Origin: Gemmatimonadota bacterium
GTDB lineage: Bacteria > Gemmatimonadota > Gemmatimonadetes > Gemmatimonadales > GWC2-71-9
Length of the DNA: 64,000 bases
NCBI GenBank assembly: GCA_036679605.1
Contig: JAZDCZ010000254.1
Location: 1 to 64,000, forward strand
Reading direction: 5' to 3'
Part shown: positions 31,387 to 41,075 of the stretch, piece after piece
Numbering within the stretch: the stretch's first letter is position 1
How the letters are laid out: every line of letters starts with the position of its first letter
Notes under the pieces: generated by a model
Databases searched by the model: none
The model's input: only the letters and a program-made list of their open reading frames with translations
What the model was told of the DNA's origin: nothing
Translations under genes and position numbers: made by a program

Positions 31387-33072
31387 ATGCAACCTCGCCG
31401 TTGGCACGACTCTTATGATCCCGGTGTACCGGCATCGCTCGATTACGAGGACCTAACTATCCCCGAGATTCTCGAGCGTGCAGTGCAACGCTACCCTGAT
31501 CGCCCAGCGCTCACTTTCCACAACGCGAGACTCACTTACGGCCAGCTCAAAGGTGAGGTAGACCGGCTGGCAGCGGCCATGTCTACGATGGGTGTGCACA
31601 AGAACTCACGAGTCGCCATCCAACTTCCAAATCTCCCTCAGACCGTCATCGCCTACTACGCCACCTTACGGCTAGGCGCACAGGCGGTGATGACCAACCC
31701 ACTGTATACGGCGCCCGAGATAGTACACCAGTGGACGGATGCCGAGGTGGTTGTAGCAATTGTCCTGGATTCTCTGTTCAAGCGCCGCATTGAGCCGGTC
31801 CTAGAAGAGTTACCCGTGAAGCAGTATATAATCGCATCGATACCCGACTATCTCCGCTTCCCGCTCAACGTACTTGGAAGGTTCAAGCTCAAGCGGCAAC
31901 GCCCGCCCATGGTGGCGCGAGTGGAGCCCGCTCAACACATTCATTTTTTCAGAAAACTCATCAACGGAACCGGCCCAACACCCCCACCTTTGGAAATCGA
32001 CCTCGACGACGTCGCGATGCTGCAATACACAGGTGGTACAACCGGAGTCTCTAAGGGAGCGATGCTGACCCATCGCAACGTCTCGTACAATTTGCAACAG
32101 ATTGCGCGGTGGAATCATGGTGTCGAGCCCGGCAAGGAGGTCCTCCTCGCATGCCTCCCGTATTTTCACATTTATGGCCTGACCGTATCGATGAACATGC
32201 CGATTCATCTCGGAGCCCAAATCATTCTTGTGCCCAACCCCCGTGATATTACTGGCATCATCAAGAGCATCCAAAAACGTGGCGTGACGTTGCTCCCGGC
32301 TGTCCCAGCAATCTATAGCGGGATCAATCAATCTCCCGGTGTAAGTAGGTTGGACCTCAGTAGCATCAAGGTGTGCAACTCGGGGTCCGCGCCGTTGCCA
32401 GTGGAGGTGCTCGAACGCTTCGAAGAGCTTACCGGCGGTAGGATCGCCGAGGGATACGGCCTAACCGAAACATCGCCAGTGACGCACTCCAATCCGCTGA
32501 CAAAGAGAAAGCCTGGCAGCATCGGTGTTCCGCTCCCTGACACAGATGCAAAGATCGTAGATTTGGAGAATGGCGTTTCTCAAATGCCAAACGGACAGGA
32601 AGGCGAACTGATTCTACGGGGGCCGCAGATAATGAAAGGATATTGGAACAGGCCCGACGAAACCGCAGACATGATAAGAGACGGCTGGCTCTACACGGGC
32701 GACATTGCCGTGCAGGACGACGACGGATATTTCTACATAGTCGGTCGCAAGAAGGACATGATCCTCTGCTCCGGATACAATGTCTACCCCGACGAAGTGG
32801 ACCGCGTATTGATGGGACATGCCGCCGTGCTAGAGGCCGCCACCATAGGTATTCCCGACAAGAAGCGCGGTGAGAGCGTCAAATCGTTTGTGGTGCTGAA
32901 GCCCGACAGCGCGGCAACCGCCGAAAACCTAGTAGCCTACTGCCGCGAGCGGCTCGCGGCGTACAAGATTCCGCGCCAGATAGAATTTCGGGACAGCCTT
33001 CCCAAGAGCACCGTACTGAAGATCCTGCGCCGCGAGCTACGCGATCAAGAACTCGCTGGAGATGGTCATTGA
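31387..33072 (+). CDS. fadD: Long-chain fatty acid--CoA ligase
   Basis: QYTGGTTG.SKG, EGYGLTE, TGD, GRKKD, LPKS.V.K. Confidence 0.9.
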   Translation: MQPRRWHDSYDPGVPASLDYEDLTIPEILERAVQRYPDRPALTFHNARLTYGQLKGEVDRLAAAMSTMGVHKNSRVAIQLPNLPQTVIAYYATLRLGAQAVMTNPLYTAPEIVHQWTDAEVVVAIVLDSLFKRRIEPVLEELPVKQYIIASIPDYLRFPLNVLGRFKLKRQRPPMVARVEPAQHIHFFRKLINGTGPTPPPLEIDLDDVAMLQYTGGTTGVSKGAMLTHRNVSYNLQQIARWNHGVEPGKEVLLACLPYFHIYGLTVSMNMPIHLGAQIILVPNPRDITGIIKSIQKRGVTLLPAVPAIYSGINQSPGVSRLDLSSIKVCNSGSAPLPVEVLERFEELTGGRIAEGYGLTETSPVTHSNPLTKRKPGSIGVPLPDTDAKIVDLENGVSQMPNGQEGELILRGPQIMKGYWNRPDETADMIRDGWLYTGDIAVQDDDGYFYIVGRKKDMILCSGYNVYPDEVDRVLMGHAAVLEAATIGIPDKKRGESVKSFVVLKPDSAATAENLVAYCRERLAAYKIPRQIEFRDSLPKSTVLKILRRELRDQELAGDGH

Positions 33073-33776
33073 AAACTCGCTTCCGAACATTGCGAAGCGT
33101 GAACCTCGCAGTAGTCAACTGTCGTCGCTGTCCACGCCTTGTGGACCACTGTACTCACATCTCACAGACGAAGAAACACGCATTCAAAGACTGGGAATAC
33201 TGGGGAAAGCCAGTACCCGGATTCGGTGACCCGCGAGCCCGACTTCTGATCGTAGGCCTCGCGCCGGCCGCCCATGGCGCCAATCGCACCGGTCGCATGT
33301 TCACGGGAGATTCCAGCGGTAACTGGCTGTACGAAGCTCTATTTCGGTTTGGCTTTGCAAACCAATCTGATTCGTTGTCCCGCGACGACGGCATGGAACT
33401 GACCGACTGCTACATAACGGCAGCCGCCCGCTGCGCACCCCCGGGCAACAAGCCGACCAAGGAAGAATTCGAGCGATGCGGCAGGTATCTCGAGGCAGAC
33501 CTGAGTCTCCTAACGAATGTGTGTGTGACCTTGGCTCTTGGAAGGCTCGCCTATCAATGGTGGCTCAAGGCAGCGGGGTGGTGGAACAGCTTGACTCCCG
33601 GCGAGCGGCCGCAATTCGGCCATGGTATTGCTACATCTCTACCAAACGGCACCAGCCTCATAACGTCATACCACCCGAGCAGACAAAACACCAACACGCG
33701 TAAACTGACAAAAGATATGTGGTACGATGTATTTCGCTTAACAAGAAACCTTCTAGGGAAGCGGCACGAGACGTGA
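33069..33776 (+). CDS. Uracil-DNA glycosylase, family 5 (UdgB-like, Fe-S)
   Basis: CRRCPRL, GLAPAAHGANRTGRMFTGD, RCAPP.NKP, YHPS.QNT. Confidence 0.92.
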   Translation: MKTRFRTLRSVNLAVVNCRRCPRLVDHCTHISQTKKHAFKDWEYWGKPVPGFGDPRARLLIVGLAPAAHGANRTGRMFTGDSSGNWLYEALFRFGFANQSDSLSRDDGMELTDCYITAAARCAPPGNKPTKEEFERCGRYLEADLSLLTNVCVTLALGRLAYQWWLKAAGWWNSLTPGERPQFGHGIATSLPNGTSLITSYHPSRQNTNTRKLTKDMWYDVFRLTRNLLGKRHET

Positions 33777-34348
33777 AATTACACAACTACAATAATTGCC
33801 TGCTCTATATCGTATGCCTGCTAGCACTGCAATCGCCCTTCGGATCCACGCTCTGGGCACAGGTAGCGATTCATCCGACCAGTACAACGCCTGCGGCGTG
33901 GGAGCGGTTTTCCGTTCGTGTCGCGAATAACACCGATACAGCCACGATCTCGATTCGGCTCGATCTTCCCGAGGCAATAACGGTACTTGGTGTTGATGCG
34001 CCAACCGGTTGGACCTTTGACCTGCAAGCCGGTACCGCGACGAATCCGCAGTCGATCGTTTGGTCTGGTAGTGAACTTCGCAAGGGCGACTTCCGAGAGT
34101 TCTCGTTCTTTGGTCGTATCAAAGGGGATGCCCGGAAAACCGAGTTGGTGCTACCTGTAACACTGGGTCGCGCTGCAGGTCCAGATCTCGAGTGGACTGA
34201 CAGCCCGGGCTCCACTCGTCGGGCTCAGCGCGTCGCTATCGTCGGTCGGACAAGTGTGTCAGCAGGCGGCGCAGTGGCGCTCGCCGGGGCCGCAATCGGA
34301 ATCGCTGCACTGGCGCTAGCGATCGCGCTGTCGAGAAAGAAAACGTGA
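33773..34348 (+). CDS. DUF1775/YcnI-like exported membrane-anchored protein
   Basis: Signal peptide; F.VRV, P.GW, I.W.G, F.EF; C-terminal TM. Confidence 0.7.
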   Translation: MKLHNYNNCLLYIVCLLALQSPFGSTLWAQVAIHPTSTTPAAWERFSVRVANNTDTATISIRLDLPEAITVLGVDAPTGWTFDLQAGTATNPQSIVWSGSELRKGDFREFSFFGRIKGDARKTELVLPVTLGRAAGPDLEWTDSPGSTRRAQRVAIVGRTSVSAGGAVALAGAAIGIAALALAIALSRKKT

Positions 34349-34407
34349 GACGCGGTCCGGGCACCACCGGCATGCTGCACGGCCGACGAAACCATGGCCG
34401 CAGGCCG

Positions 34408-35316
34408 CTAGTTGCCCGCCTTCTGATGCAATGTACTGTCCTTGGGAATGAGTTGATCAGCCTTCCAACTCAGAATCTTGAAAACCGTGCCCCCGGCCGG
34501 ATCGCGCACCCAGAAGGCTGAACTCGTCGAGTCAAACACCAGCTGTGTTAGCGTATCTCCCTGAAGCCCAAGGATGATGATACTACGATCTGGTCGATCG
34601 AAGTCCAGCGAGTCCATCTGCAGCTCAGTGGCAAAACCGTTGGCCTGGAGCGAGTCATACTGAGCGAGTAGGCGCCGCACTGCAGCAGTGTCAGCGGAGA
34701 CTCTCCCAACTCGCCACTCGTCTCCGCGCTTCGCCAGGTCGTAGCTCCGTTCGCCGCGCCGGGCTATGATCCGCCCAACACTGTCCGGTTCGACCATCAC
34801 GATCGTCTTGTCTCGCCACTCGTCGACACCCTGCCTGACAATACCGGTAAGAGTTCCAACATATTGGTAGACGAAGTCTTGGCCGGTAATACGAACATAT
34901 GAGGTGTTGAACTGCCGTCCGCGCTTGCCAAAGATGAGTGATGCCAGCTCATTGCCGCCACCCACCAGCCGTACGCTGACGCCGGAGGAGTCGACCTCCA
35001 TGCGCTTGTGCACCAGGGGGCTGGTGGAAATCAGCTCTGCCTCACTCGAATCAGCCAACCCGTTAAACAACCGCTTCATTACCAAGTTCGAGGCCTTGAA
35101 CCCGTTCACTGTCCAGCTGTCGCCATCGCGGACAAGAACAATGGTGTCGGACGATTTGACTATGGTGACCGTATCCATGTCACCGGGCAGGACTGCAGGA
35201 AGAACGAACACGGACTTGCTCTCGTCACGACCTCCACCCATAAGCTCCGAGAGCCCCCACAACAGTAGAGCCACACCCAGAACAACGACGATCCGCTTCA
35301 ACGTATTGGGGTTCAT
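34408..35316 (-). CDS. DUF4340 domain protein
   Basis: N-terminal TM; YVR..G...VY, WRDK; typical position after gldG. Confidence 0.75.
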   Translation of the reverse strand: MNPNTLKRIVVVLGVALLLWGLSELMGGGRDESKSVFVLPAVLPGDMDTVTIVKSSDTIVLVRDGDSWTVNGFKASNLVMKRLFNGLADSSEAELISTSPLVHKRMEVDSSGVSVRLVGGGNELASLIFGKRGRQFNTSYVRITGQDFVYQYVGTLTGIVRQGVDEWRDKTIVMVEPDSVGRIIARRGERSYDLAKRGDEWRVGRVSADTAAVRRLLAQYDSLQANGFATELQMDSLDFDRPDRSIIILGLQGDTLTQLVFDSTSSAFWVRDPAGGTVFKILSWKADQLIPKDSTLHQKAGN

Positions 35317-37595
35317 GTCGCCTCCGCGCCTTCCGGTCCGGCGTACACCATACGGGTGATCCTCCTCCGCCGCCGCCATAGCCTCACTACTGCCGACAAA
35401 ATCAATATGAGCGGCACACCAATGACGTTGCTGTACTTCACCAGGTCACGGGTAACGTCACTTGTGAATAGCAATCCAGGGGGTGTACGGTTCTTGGACC
35501 GAATTGAAATCAACCCTTCGTCTTGCGCCAACCAATCCACCGCATTCTGAACAAACACAACGTTACGTGGCGCGTTCCTCACCCATTGGTCACTGGCAAA
35601 TTCTCCATTACCGATGACAACCAGACGTCCAGTTGGCAAGGTAGTAGACGACTGGTCGTCATTGTCTTCATCTTTGTCCCCTTCTGCCGCACCAGGATTC
35701 ACCAATACACCGACTAACCGAACATCCAAACTGTCCTGCGGGAACTGGCTACGCCGAGGATCGATATAGGCTTGGCCTGACTCTACTCCACCTGCCTCGC
35801 TTGTAACGAGTAGCGGAATAACAGTACCCGGAACCGCGCTCGATGTATCTACAGCGCTAGTCCACGGCATGAAGACACTTTCTATGTCCTGGTTCAAAGG
35901 AGACAGTTTTGTGCTGACGGCACGTAACCAGAACGGATAGCTGCGCAACAAATTTCCGAACGACGTGGGCAACGCCACTCTCTCGTTCGACAGAAGGTCG
36001 TAGACGATCTCTAGCTGAATAGAGACACCGTACGCCTCTAGAATCTTATTCCATCCCACCGGCTGAGGTTGAGCAAACGGCTGCTGCGGCTGAAGTATCA
36101 TGCCGGTCGCCATCACGAGAGCGTTTCCGCCTTCTCGCAGGAACGCCTCCAGCTTCTGGGCCACGGAGTCTGCGACCATCGTGGGAGACCCAGCGAGCAC
36201 CAAGGCTGCGAAATCTCCTGACTTCAGAGAATCGGTTGCCAACCGGACCGTGCGCACCTCATAACCATCTCTCAACTGCTGTTTGAGCGCCTGGAACGCC
36301 GGCGGCCTTCCCTGCGGGCCCGAGGGCGGCAAGCTCTCCACGAAGCCGATCGTGGGCTTGCTCTCCCTCGTCAGCGCGCGAACATACGAGGCGAGCCGGT
36401 ATTCGAGATCTTCTGTTTGCCTAATTAACGGTATGGTTTCCGTCTGATCGGCGTATTGCAGCGCTATCCCCAGATAGCCTTCCTTCACCTGCAATTCCCG
36501 ATCGCCGACCACGTTGAATTGAACCGGCGGAATGTTGAGGGCTTGAGCTTCTTTGGCCACCTCTTCGTCGCTAGCCGGGTCGCGCTCGAGCACCCGCACT
36601 TTACCCTTGCCCGAAGCCCGGAAATCACTGAGAAGATCATCTAGATCCCGCTTGAGCAGCGAGATCTCGGGCGGCAGCTCCTTGGACACAAAGAGCTTGA
36701 TCGTTACTAAATCGTCGAGGTTGCCAAGCAGATCTTTCGTAGCCTTCGACAACGTGTAGGCGTTGCCCGGTGTTAAGTCGAGCCGGCCACCGATATGACG
36801 GCCAAAGAGGTTCACTACTACCAGCGTGACAATGGTCAACGAAGTGCCGAGCCGCAGCCGCTTGAGCGTGGCGCCGGCGGGCGCAAGTTTGCGACCCATG
36901 ATAACGCCATATGCAAGCACCACGAATATTGTAGTCAGGGTAGCGAAGTAAACGGCGTCCCTTAAATCGATCACCCCTCTCGCAACATTCTGGAAGTGGG
37001 ACAGGACACCTAGGTTGGCGGCAATCGCTGCCAAGCTTGGCGGCAGCCCTACAACGAGTGCGTTTAATCCAACGAACATCAGAAGAAACATCACGGCTAC
37101 ACCGATAATGAACGCAGTGATCTGGTCCTTGCTCATGCTCGACGCCCACAACCCGATACCACAGAATCCGGCCGCCAGTAGCGCGGCACCGACATATTGT
37201 GAAAAAATTACACCTGCGTGTAAGTCAGCTCCCAAACTAAATCCAACAGGGATCAGCCAGGTGAGAGCCAACGCAAACCAGATGAACAACAGTTGAGCCA
37301 AGTACTTACCCACCAGTAGCTCGAGTTCCGAGATCGGCTGAGCAAGCAGGACCTCCAACGTTCCGGCCCTAATGTCCTCCGACAGCGCCCTCATCGTTAC
37401 GGCAGGAATGAAGAACAGGAACATCCATGGGAGGAAGTCGAACATCGGGCGCATCGATGCGACGCCCATTAGATAGGCTTGGCGGAAGAAGAGGAAATTA
37501 TTGAGTCCAACAAACACGACCAGCAAGATGTACCCCATCGGCTGGTCGAACATGGCCTTGAGATCCCGGCGGACGATCGTAACGATAGCTCTCAC
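35313..37595 (-). CDS. GldF-like ABC permease fused to GldG-like periplasmic domain
   Basis: P..TMR..SE...GTLE.L...P, GVIDLRD, RLDLT....YTLS, EY.L, N.VDWL..D..LI.IRSK. Confidence 0.88.
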   Translation of the reverse strand: MRAIVTIVRRDLKAMFDQPMGYILLVVFVGLNNFLFFRQAYLMGVASMRPMFDFLPWMFLFFIPAVTMRALSEDIRAGTLEVLLAQPISELELLVGKYLAQLLFIWFALALTWLIPVGFSLGADLHAGVIFSQYVGAALLAAGFCGIGLWASSMSKDQITAFIIGVAVMFLLMFVGLNALVVGLPPSLAAIAANLGVLSHFQNVARGVIDLRDAVYFATLTTIFVVLAYGVIMGRKLAPAGATLKRLRLGTSLTIVTLVVVNLFGRHIGGRLDLTPGNAYTLSKATKDLLGNLDDLVTIKLFVSKELPPEISLLKRDLDDLLSDFRASGKGKVRVLERDPASDEEVAKEAQALNIPPVQFNVVGDRELQVKEGYLGIALQYADQTETIPLIRQTEDLEYRLASYVRALTRESKPTIGFVESLPPSGPQGRPPAFQALKQQLRDGYEVRTVRLATDSLKSGDFAALVLAGSPTMVADSVAQKLEAFLREGGNALVMATGMILQPQQPFAQPQPVGWNKILEAYGVSIQLEIVYDLLSNERVALPTSFGNLLRSYPFWLRAVSTKLSPLNQDIESVFMPWTSAVDTSSAVPGTVIPLLVTSEAGGVESGQAYIDPRRSQFPQDSLDVRLVGVLVNPGAAEGDKDEDNDDQSSTTLPTGRLVVIGNGEFASDQWVRNAPRNVVFVQNAVDWLAQDEGLISIRSKNRTPPGLLFTSDVTRDLVKYSNVIGVPLILILSAVVRLWRRRRRITRMVYAGPEGAEAT

Positions 37596-38530
37596 GCCGC
37601 CTCCCCTGTTGTGAGCTGATGAAACAACTCCTCCAGGCTTCTCGTCTCCTGGTGCAGCTCGTACAGTGTCCAACCGCTCGACTTGGCCAAGTCAAAAATT
37701 GCAGGTCGAACTTCACTGGCGGCTTCCGCAGAAAGCTCGACAGTAACCCGGTCGCCTGACTCACGCACTTCCCTCACCCGCTGAACACCCTCCAGCTTAC
37801 CCAATGCCGAGGGGATCCCGGAGCCCGCCGCTTCGACACTGATCTGCACGATGCCACTGGCTTGTGCTACAAGTTGCTCAACCGGACCGTCAGCTACGAT
37901 CGCTCCGTGGTGAATGACCAAGAGCCGCGAGCACATGTGCTGCACCTCGGGAAGCACATGAGTCGACAGTATCACGGTGCGCTCCTTACCCAATTCGTCG
38001 ATCAGCCGCCGTATCTCTACGCGCTGATTGGGATCCAATCCTTCGGTCGGCTCGTCGAGCACAAGCAGGTCGGGGCGGTGCAGAATGGCCTGAGCGAGAC
38101 CGACACGCTGCTTATATCCCTTCGACAACTCGCCGATCGGCCGATAATACACTTCGGCAATCCCGGTGCCCGTGACCGCCTCGTCGATGCCATGGGCCCG
38201 ATCACTGCCCTGGAGTTCGCGCAAGTTTGCAATGAAATCCAGATATTCGGCAACCAGCATGTCGCCATATAGTGGATTGTTCTCGGGTAGGTATCCTATC
38301 CGGCGCTTGGCGTCGCGCGATACATCACCTAACGAGTCACCGTCAAAAAAGACCTCGCCTTCATCGGGCTCGAAGAACTGGTTGATAATCCGCATAGTCG
38401 TAGACTTGCCGGCTCCGTTCGGTCCGAGAAAGCCTACGACTTCGCCGCGGTCCACAGAGAAGGAAACGTCGTCTACTGCGCTGACGCTTCCGAACCGTTT
38501 CGAAACATTGTTGAGAGAGAGTAGCGACAT
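37592..38530 (-). CDS. GldA-like ABC transporter ATP-binding protein
   Basis: GPNGAGKST, IGYLPE.NPLY, LSKGYKQRVGLAQA, LDEPT.GLDPNQ. Confidence 0.93.
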   Translation of the reverse strand: MSLLSLNNVSKRFGSVSAVDDVSFSVDRGEVVGFLGPNGAGKSTTMRIINQFFEPDEGEVFFDGDSLGDVSRDAKRRIGYLPENNPLYGDMLVAEYLDFIANLRELQGSDRAHGIDEAVTGTGIAEVYYRPIGELSKGYKQRVGLAQAILHRPDLLVLDEPTEGLDPNQRVEIRRLIDELGKERTVILSTHVLPEVQHMCSRLLVIHHGAIVADGPVEQLVAQASGIVQISVEAAGSGIPSALGKLEGVQRVREVRESGDRVTVELSAEAASEVRPAIFDLAKSSGWTLYELHQETRSLEELFHQLTTGEAA

Positions 38531-38630
38531 CCTATATATGGTAGTGGGATTAGTGCTCGAAAGCCGGGTTTCCGGACAGAATGGAAAATCATAATAGGTT
38601 GCGCCCGGCATTCAACCCCGACCCCAACAC

Positions 38631-38670
38631 TTGAAATTACCAAGCCAACCTGTACTTTGCGGTATAAAGT
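38631..38670 (+). promoter_or_regulatory. Promoter (TTGAAA-N16-TACTTT) overlapped by palindromic operator ACTTT-N7-AAAGT
   Basis: ACTTTgcggtatAAAGT at 38654-38670 overlaps the -10, upstream of an operon encoding a winged-helix regulator. Confidence 0.65.
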
Positions 38671-38701
38671 TCTTTTCCTCCAACTAGAGCCGGGGGGTAC
38701 A

Positions 38702-39283
38702 GTGACCACTCCCACGTACGAGGACAGGCAGGACCCAAAGGAAACTCTGGCATACATCCGGCGCACCATGGAGTCGGCAACCACTTTTTCGGCGGTATCC
38801 GGATGGGGGTTGGTGGCTGTAGGGACGGTCGGATTACTAGCCGCTTGGCTGGCGGCGGCTGGAGGCACCGCCGGAGACCTTCGGGTGTGGATCCCTGCAG
38901 CTGTCTTGTCGATTGCTATTGCGGCGACCGCCAACGCGATCAAGGCTCACCGAACCAGCGTACCGATCTGGTCCGGTGCGTTCCGCAAGGTCGTATGGGT
39001 GATGACCCCGGTACTCGTGGCTGGGGCCATGCTCACGTTCTCGTTGGCCGGCCATGAGCAATCAAACCTGTTGCCTGGCACATGGCTTGCGCTCTACGGC
39101 GCTGGAGTCACTGCGGGCGGGACCTTCTCGGTCCGTGCCCTCAGATGGATGGGGCTAGCCTTTCTGGGCCTTGGGGCGATCGCACTGTTCCGTCCCGACC
39201 TCGGGCTGTTTCTCCTCGGCGCCGGCTTCGGGGGCCTACACATCCTGATTGGAATGGACCTGGTTTGGAGACACGGTGGGTAG
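38702..39283 (+). CDS. Integral membrane protein (about 6 TM) coupled to winged-helix regulator
   Basis: L.YIR.TME....F..VSG, PG.WL.LYG, GFGGLHI; GTG start after a G-rich SD. Confidence 0.8.
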   Translation: MTTPTYEDRQDPKETLAYIRRTMESATTFSAVSGWGLVAVGTVGLLAAWLAAAGGTAGDLRVWIPAAVLSIAIAATANAIKAHRTSVPIWSGAFRKVVWVMTPVLVAGAMLTFSLAGHEQSNLLPGTWLALYGAGVTAGGTFSVRALRWMGLAFLGLGAIALFRPDLGLFLLGAGFGGLHILIGMDLVWRHGG

Positions 39284-39596
39284 CTCGGTGACCGAGGATC
39301 TGGACCGGTTGGTCCACGAGCGAATGCGACTTGGCATAGTCTCGGCGTTGGCGGCGGAAGAGCAGCTCAGCTTCGCAGATTTGAAGGGAGTGCTGCACAC
39401 GAGTGATGGCAACTTGAGCGTACATGCCCGCAAGCTCGAGGAGGCTGGCTACATCAAGGTCACGAAGGGGTTCGAGGACCGAAAACCGAGGACCGAATAC
39501 AGATTGACCACGAAAGGGCGGAAGGCTTTGGAGTCTTATCTCAATAACATGGAGATCATTCTGAGCGAAGCGCGTGACGCACTGGAGCGGACATGA
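39276..39596 (+). CDS. Winged-helix (HTH_34/MarR-like) transcriptional regulator
   Basis: LDRLVHER.RL.I.S.L, F..LK..L..SDGNLS.H.RKLEEAGY, T.Y.LT.KGR. Confidence 0.92.
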   Translation: MGSSVTEDLDRLVHERMRLGIVSALAAEEQLSFADLKGVLHTSDGNLSVHARKLEEAGYIKVTKGFEDRKPRTEYRLTTKGRKALESYLNNMEIILSEARDALERT

Positions 39597-40324
39597 GTGG
39601 TTTGCACGTCGGAATCATCATGGACGGAAACGGCCGCTGGGCACGAGATCGTGTGAGACCTCGCTGGAGAGGACACCTGGCAGGAATAGAGAGTGTCCGC
39701 GACATCGTTAGAGGCGCCCCGGAACTCGGTGTGACAATACTGACGCTGTATGCCTTCTCGAGCGATAACTGGAAGCGACCCGCTGCTGAGGTTGGACGGC
39801 TGTTCTGGTTACTGCGAGAGTTTTGTCGTAGTGAACACGATGAATTGATCGATACCGGGGTGAAGGTCTCACCCATAGGCCGGCGCGACCGAATGCCTCG
39901 GCGAGCTCTCGACGTGCTCGAAGATCTGGAACAAGCCACCGCATCCGGCACAAGATTACACTTGAGACTCGCGCTTGATTACAGCTCTCGGTTCATGATC
40001 TCTCAGGCTGCCGCCGAGCTGGCCAAGTCGGTGGAACGAGGCACGCTTGCACCTGAAGAGATTTCCCCGGAGCTGATGCATCGTCAGCTAGTCCAGGACA
40101 CTGCGGATCTGGACCTGCTCATCCGCACTGCAGGAGAACAGCGTCTCTCAGATTTCCTCTTGTGGGAAGCCGCCTACGCCGAACTCTACTATACAGCGAC
40201 ACTGTGGCCGGACTTTCGCCAGGCCGACCTGGCGCTGGCGTTGTCAGAGTTCAGACAAAGAGAACGAAAGTTCGGCGGTCTGACCAAGCCAACCGAGCCG
40301 GCCCCCGCTGAGCTACGCACCTAA
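39593..40324 (+). CDS. uppS: cis-prenyltransferase (undecaprenyl diphosphate synthase family)
   Basis: HVGIIMDGNGRWA, YAFSSDNWKRP, DLLIRT.GEQRLSDFLLWE.AYAE, WPDF, R.FGG. Confidence 0.92.
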   Translation: MSGLHVGIIMDGNGRWARDRVRPRWRGHLAGIESVRDIVRGAPELGVTILTLYAFSSDNWKRPAAEVGRLFWLLREFCRSEHDELIDTGVKVSPIGRRDRMPRRALDVLEDLEQATASGTRLHLRLALDYSSRFMISQAAAELAKSVERGTLAPEEISPELMHRQLVQDTADLDLLIRTAGEQRLSDFLLWEAAYAELYYTATLWPDFRQADLALALSEFRQRERKFGGLTKPTEPAPAELRT

Positions 40325-40337
40325 CCGGAATCCGTCG

Positions 40338-41075
40338 ATGGTTCGTGTTGACCTCCACAGCCACACTCGCGTTTCTCACGACGCATGGATCGCACCGGAC
40401 CAAATTGTTCCCCGCGCCATAGATGCCGGACTAGATCACATAGCAATCACCGATCATGGCCGAATCGATGCGGCCCTAGAGCTGCACTCCAGGTATCCCG
40501 AACACGTAATTGTCGGGGAAGAGATGAAATGTGCCGATGGCACCGATCTCATCGGTCTCTTCATAGCACACAACATCCCCTCGGGACTGACGGTCGCGGA
40601 GACCGCGGAGCGAGTTCGTGAACAAGGTGGTCTAGTGTACGCACCTCATCCGTATGCGTATGCCACACATCCGATGCGACACGCCCGGAAGATCCTCGAG
40701 GTGGCAGACGTGGTCGAGGTGTTCAATTCACGCGCTTTTCTACCACGTTGGAACCGTTTGGCGATGCTCGCGGCACAAGAACACGGGCTTCCAGCTGCGG
40801 CGAGTTCCGATGCGCACTTCTCGCACGAACTGGGGCGAGCTTATACGGAAATGCCGGCGTTTGGTGGGGCAGATGAGTTCAGGAACTCTGTCGCGGTGGG
40901 CAAACCTCATGGCAGGAGCCTAGGATCTCCTTGGCTTCACGTTGCATCCGTGCTGCTAGCGAGTGCGAGACGATTGTCGGTACGTGGCAACCAAGAGCCG
41001 GTTATGGAGGAACCCAACCGGTCTAATCGATACGCAACCAACCCGCGCGCCCGCTTGGAGCCTCGACGTAGATAA
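40338..41075 (+). CDS. PHP-family phosphoesterase
   Basis: DLHSHT..S.D, AITDH, GEE, PHP, E.FN, SDAH. Confidence 0.9.
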   Translation: MVRVDLHSHTRVSHDAWIAPDQIVPRAIDAGLDHIAITDHGRIDAALELHSRYPEHVIVGEEMKCADGTDLIGLFIAHNIPSGLTVAETAERVREQGGLVYAPHPYAYATHPMRHARKILEVADVVEVFNSRAFLPRWNRLAMLAAQEHGLPAAASSDAHFSHELGRAYTEMPAFGGADEFRNSVAVGKPHGRSLGSPWLHVASVLLASARRLSVRGNQEPVMEEPNRSNRYATNPRARLEPRRR

